Source: an uncultured virus (IMG/VR IMGVR_UViG_3300020379_000310)
Taxonomy: Duplodnaviria > Heunggongvirae > Uroviricota > Caudoviricetes
DNA length: 20,000 bases
Strand: one strand, 5' to 3'
Virus record (IMG/VR): IMGVR_UViG_3300020379_000310
The notes under the pieces were generated by a model, which ran no database searches, was not told the origin of the DNA, and worked only from the letters and a program-made list of their open reading frames with translations. This document shows positions 16,426-20,000 of this stretch, in pieces. The position numbers and the translations under genes are program-made. How positions within the stretch are numbered: the stretch's first letter is position 1; the number at the start of each line of letters is the position of its first letter.

Positions 16426-17013
16426 ATGGCATACACAGTAAATCCATCGGTATCAGAAGGTAATTTTGCAGCCCAATCTGGCTCAGAACTTGATTACCTA
16501 CGCCCTAATGGATTCAAATTTCAAGTCCATAACATTCCAAATGTATCTTTCTTTTGTCAAGGTGCAAACATTCCCGATATGACTATTGGGTTTCCTGTAC
16601 AAACAACACCACTACAGGACATACCATTTCCCGGCGATAAGATTACTTTTGGTGACCTAAATATAAGATTCTTAATACAGGAAGATATGACAAACTATAT
16701 CGAACTGTATAACTGGTTGGTTGGATTAGGATTCCCAGAAAAACATTCTCAGTTCACAGAGTTTGTCAAGTCACAATCTTGGAGAACTGGTGGTCAAAAG
16801 ACTGCAAAGAATGAGGCAATAGGACAAGTGAGTGACGCGAGTCTATTTGTTTTGGATTCTAATAACAACCCCAACATGGAAATATTATTCAGAGATGCTT
16901 TTCCAATTGCACTGAGTGGACTAGATTTTGATATATCTGGTGGAGACTCACCATACTTTACTGGACTTGCATCTTTCAAATATAGGATATTTAATATTAA
17001 ATCTGTAACTTAA
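16426..17013 (+). CDS. gp3: Tail tube terminator / tail completion protein gp3
   Basis: YLRPNGFKF, VSFFCQGANIP, PGDKITFGDL.IRFLIQEDMTNY.ELYNW, SDASL, F.DAFPI.LSGLDFD; position after gp23 as in marine T4-like phages. Confidence 0.88.
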   Translation: MAYTVNPSVSEGNFAAQSGSELDYLRPNGFKFQVHNIPNVSFFCQGANIPDMTIGFPVQTTPLQDIPFPGDKITFGDLNIRFLIQEDMTNYIELYNWLVGLGFPEKHSQFTEFVKSQSWRTGGQKTAKNEAIGQVSDASLFVLDSNNNPNMEILFRDAFPIALSGLDFDISGGDSPYFTGLASFKYRIFNIKSVT

Positions 17014-17029
17014 CATTGAAGGATATATT

Positions 17030-17473
17030 ATGGCTACATTGAATGAACTTCAAGATATGTGGGCTGAAGATTGTAAAATCGATGAACTAGACCTTGGTTC
17101 AGCATCTACTAACACACCAAATCTTCACGCAAAATATGTAACCCATCTCGCTAACTTTAAATTACAATTAAGAAAAGCGCAGTCGGACTTGGCAAGACTT
17201 GAAAGAGTTAAGTCAGAATACTTTCGTGGAGAACTATCCAAAGAGGAACTTGACCAATTAGGTTGGGAACCTTGGTACAAAAATTCCGTACTTAAATCTG
17301 ACATGAGGTCAGTATTAGATGGAGATGGAGATATCATAAAACAACAAGATAAAATTTGGTACTTAGAAACAACGGTAGACTTTTTGGACAGGGTATTGCG
17401 TAGTTTAAATTCGAGGACTTGGGACATCAAGAATGCTGTTGAATGGAACAAGACACAATCTGGCCTATTATGA
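17030..17473 (+). CDS. uvsY: Recombination mediator UvsY
   Basis: MWAEDCKID..L...S..TPNLHAKY, EYFRG, R.WDIKNAVEW.K; upstream of uvsW. Confidence 0.92.
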   Translation: MATLNELQDMWAEDCKIDELDLGSASTNTPNLHAKYVTHLANFKLQLRKAQSDLARLERVKSEYFRGELSKEELDQLGWEPWYKNSVLKSDMRSVLDGDGDIIKQQDKIWYLETTVDFLDRVLRSLNSRTWDIKNAVEWNKTQSGLL

Positions 17474-18954
17474 TCTTTATAAAACAGAAAGACCATGTGC
17501 ATATGCATGTGGAAGCCTCAGATGAAGGTATAACAAAGGAGATATCAGACTTCTTTACCTTTGAAGTGCCTGGCGCTTCCTTTATGCCGTCATATAGAAA
17601 CCGTCATTGGGATGGTAAGATTCGCCTGTACAATTTGTCCAGACGCGAACTGTATGTTGGTCTTTTGCCTTACCTATTAGAGTTTGCAAAACAACTTGAC
17701 TATCCAGTTAGGGTAGAGATGGGTGAGATTGGTGAAGAGATGTCACGCGATGAGGTCAAAGAATTCGCCAGTAAATTAAAACTTCATAGTAACTGGAAAC
17801 CTATTCAGATAAGAGACTACCAAGAAGACGCGGTGTTCGATGCAATCAACGGTGGCAGAACTCTTTTACTTTCCCCTACCGCTAGTGGTAAGTCCCTCAT
17901 AATATACAATCTGGCGCGATATCATCACGCCTTAGGACGAAAACAACTTATTGTAGTCCCTACTACCAGTTTGGTTGAACAAATGTACGGAGACTTCGCT
18001 GATTACTCCACACACAATGGTTTTGATGTATCAAAGTACTGTCATAGGATATATGGTGGTAAAGAGAAAACAAACAAAGCGGACATTGTTATATCTACAT
18101 GGCAATCTATTTACAAGTATCCAAAGAAATGGTTTGAAGAATTTGATGTAGTGTATGGTGATGAAGCACACCTATTTAAAGCAAAGTCTTTGATGACTCT
18201 TATGGATAAATGTACCAACGCCAGATTTAGAATAGGTACTACTGGTACACTAGATGGTACACAGACGCATAGATTAGTCCTAGAAGGAGTCTTTGGTAAA
18301 GTATATAAGGTTACTACCACAAAGAAACTTATGGACAAGAAGGAACTTGCAGACCTTAAAATTATATGTATGTTAATAGACTATCCAGATGAAGAAAGAA
18401 AACTTGTATCTAAGATGCCTTATAAAGAAGAGATGGATTTTATAGTAGGACACGCGGGCAGAAATGATATTATAAGTAAACTTACCGTAGCACAGAAGGG
18501 CAACACACTTTTATTATATCAGTATGTAGAAAAACATGGCGCGGTACTACATAAAATGATATCTGAAATGACTAATCGCCCAGTTCATTTTGTATATGGT
18601 GGTACGGAAACAGACCAAAGAGAACAGATTAGAGCATTGACAGAAAAATCTGACGATACCATTATCATTGCCAGTTACGGAACCTTTTCTACAGGTATAA
18701 ATATTAGAAACCTTAACAATATTGTATTTGCCTCACCTAGTAAGAGTAGAATCAGAAACTTACAGTCTATTGGTAGAGGTCTTAGAAAAAGTGAAGTCAA
18801 GACAAAGTGTAACTTGTTTGACATAGGTGATGACCTTTCTTGGAAACAAAGAAAAAATTATACACTCAATCACCTTTTAGAAAGAATTAAAATGTACAAT
18901 GAAGAATCCTTTGATTATAAAGTGGTTAAATTAGATTCAAGAGGAAAGATATGA
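17470..18954 (+). CDS. uvsW: SF2 DNA helicase UvsW (start probably 17470, ATGA overlap with uvsY stop)
   Basis: FTFEVPGA.FMP.YR...WDGKIRL, SPTASGKS, DEAH, GTTGTLDG, FSTGINI, QSIGRGLR. Confidence 0.96.
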   Translation: MIFIKQKDHVHMHVEASDEGITKEISDFFTFEVPGASFMPSYRNRHWDGKIRLYNLSRRELYVGLLPYLLEFAKQLDYPVRVEMGEIGEEMSRDEVKEFASKLKLHSNWKPIQIRDYQEDAVFDAINGGRTLLLSPTASGKSLIIYNLARYHHALGRKQLIVVPTTSLVEQMYGDFADYSTHNGFDVSKYCHRIYGGKEKTNKADIVISTWQSIYKYPKKWFEEFDVVYGDEAHLFKAKSLMTLMDKCTNARFRIGTTGTLDGTQTHRLVLEGVFGKVYKVTTTKKLMDKKELADLKIICMLIDYPDEERKLVSKMPYKEEMDFIVGHAGRNDIISKLTVAQKGNTLLLYQYVEKHGAVLHKMISEMTNRPVHFVYGGTETDQREQIRALTEKSDDTIIIASYGTFSTGINIRNLNNIVFASPSKSRIRNLQSIGRGLRKSEVKTKCNLFDIGDDLSWKQRKNYTLNHLLERIKMYNEESFDYKVVKLDSRGKI

Positions 18955-19373
18955 TAAGCGAACCAAAAATAATTATCTTTGATAGTGGACTACAGATAGT
19001 CGCTGATGTAGAAGAGACAGATAATCTTGATGCTCTCGGAAAACTTAAAGTTCATTTCCCTATGGAAATTATGAGAATGCCTGTGTCCATGACACATGAA
19101 GCATATTCTATCAGACCGTGGATGTCATTCTCAGACGGAACTGAATTTGAAATTAATAAAAATAATATAGTTGCAATCGCGCCTTTAAGTGAGGGATATC
19201 GAGAAGGGTATTATAATCTTAAAGATGGGTATTTCAACAAACCAGAAGGTTTGCCCTCCCCAGAATTAATTGATGAGTATGAAGAAGAGTGGGAAGAAAA
19301 CCGAATGGATGAAGATACTATCAAAGAAATGATAGACGATATTATTGGAAGAAAGAAAAGGATATTACACTAG
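18951..19373 (+). CDS. Hypothetical protein between uvsW and gp55 (possibly Sm-like fold, acidic tail)
   Basis: ATGA overlap with the uvsW stop; K.I....G.QIVA and PW..FS....F.I.K..IV pattern; acidic tail ending KKRILH. Confidence 0.75.
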   Translation: MISEPKIIIFDSGLQIVADVEETDNLDALGKLKVHFPMEIMRMPVSMTHEAYSIRPWMSFSDGTEFEINKNNIVAIAPLSEGYREGYYNLKDGYFNKPEGLPSPELIDEYEEEWEENRMDEDTIKEMIDDIIGRKKRILH

Positions 19374-19399
19374 ATATAGCTATCCTTAGAGGACAACCA

Positions 19400-19429
19400 A
19401 TTATACACAAAATTCCAAGCAGATGTCAA
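19400..19429 (-). promoter_or_regulatory. Antisense sigma70-like promoter TTGACA-N18-TATAAT
   Basis: Plus-strand TGTCAA at 19424-19429 and ATTATA at 19400-19405 are perfect -35 and -10 hexamers on the minus strand, with an 18-nt spacer. Confidence 0.55.
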
Positions 19430-19452
19430 GTAAAATTTTATCTTTTTTTCGC

Positions 19453-19481
19453 TTGACTTTTGCATAACTTTACTATAGAAT
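19453..19481 (+). promoter_or_regulatory. sigma70 promoter for gp55, TTGACT-N17-TAGAAT
   Basis: 5/6 matches at both hexamers, 17-nt spacer, AT-rich UP-like tract upstream. Confidence 0.75.
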
Positions 19482-19491
19482 GGGTAACATT

Positions 19492-20000
19492 ATGACTAAA
19501 AAATCAGAAACTAATAGACACTATGTCAACAACAAGGAATTTCTTGCCGCTATGACCGAGTATCGGGAGTCCCGATTGGCCGCAGAGGAGAAGGGAGAAT
19601 CCAAACCGCGTGTGACAGAGTACATTGGGGAGTGTTTTGTAAAAATCGCAAATCACTTGGCATACAAATCAAATTTTGTAAACTATACATTCAGAGAAGA
19701 AATGATTTTGGATGGTATAGAAAACTGTATCACATACATTGATAACTTCAATCCAGAAAAGTCAAAGAATCCGTTTGCATATTTTACGCAGATTACATAC
19801 TATGCTTTTCTAAGAAGGATACAAAAAGAAAAGAAACAACTTGACACTAAGTACAAGTACATCCAGAACCTTGACATGCAATCTATCATAGATGGTGAAG
19901 AGGGACAGGGTGGTGGTTCTGCTGATTTCATTGAATACATGAAGAAACAAATCGATGAAGCGGAAAAACATAATGCTCAATACGCAGAACAAGATAAGAA
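19492..20000 (+). CDS. gp55: Late-transcription sigma factor gp55 (3'-truncated; not in ORF track)
   Basis: Manual translation: MTKKSETNRHYVNNKEFLAAM...YIGECFVKIANHLAYKSNFVNYTFREEMILDGIENCITYIDNFNPEKSKNPFAYFTQITYYAFLRRIQKEKKQ. Confidence 0.97.
   Translation, partial: MTKKSETNRHYVNNKEFLAAMTEYRESRLAAEEKGESKPRVTEYIGECFVKIANHLAYKSNFVNYTFREEMILDGIENCITYIDNFNPEKSKNPFAYFTQITYYAFLRRIQKEKKQLDTKYKYIQNLDMQSIIDGEEGQGGGSADFIEYMKKQIDEAEKHNAQYAEQDK

Noticed and set aside
17443..17469. Upstream uvsW start given in the ORF track
   Set aside because: ATG 17470 overlaps the uvsY stop (ATGA), the usual coupling pattern, so the first 9 codons are probably not translated.
1..20000. tRNA, rRNA, CRISPR array or alternative genetic code
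   Set aside because: Coding density is very high with standard stops ending conserved genes, and no cloverleaf or repeat-spacer pattern was seen in the short gaps.

Overview
The window is the virion-morphogenesis core of a T4-like myophage. The gene order matches marine T4-like phages such as cyanophages and pelagiphages; the host cannot be assigned from this window. On the + strand: a small beta-rich virion protein, an unannotated 47-aa ORF, a fibre-like protein, gp13-gp14-gp15 (neck/tail completion), gp16-gp17 (terminase), gp18-gp19 (sheath, tube), gp20 (portal), a gp67-like core protein, two accessory head-module genes, gp21-gp22-gp23 (protease, scaffold, major capsid), a rho-independent terminator, gp3, uvsY, uvsW, a conserved hypothetical gene and the start of gp55 (late sigma factor). 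Two paralogous DxD glycosyltransferase-like genes run divergently on the - strand at the left end. There are six perfect T4 late promoters (TATAAATA) and three near-consensus sigma70 promoters. Most notable: a putative head-packaged protein with a capsid-targeting-like N-terminus and a Tudor/SH3-like domain; a sigma70 promoter with a late promoter nested in its spacer; back-to-back sigma70 promoters at gp55, one pointing antisense into the uvsW operon; and repeat modules inserted into gp13, gp15 and gp18. All protein assignments come from motif recognition and synteny, not database searches.
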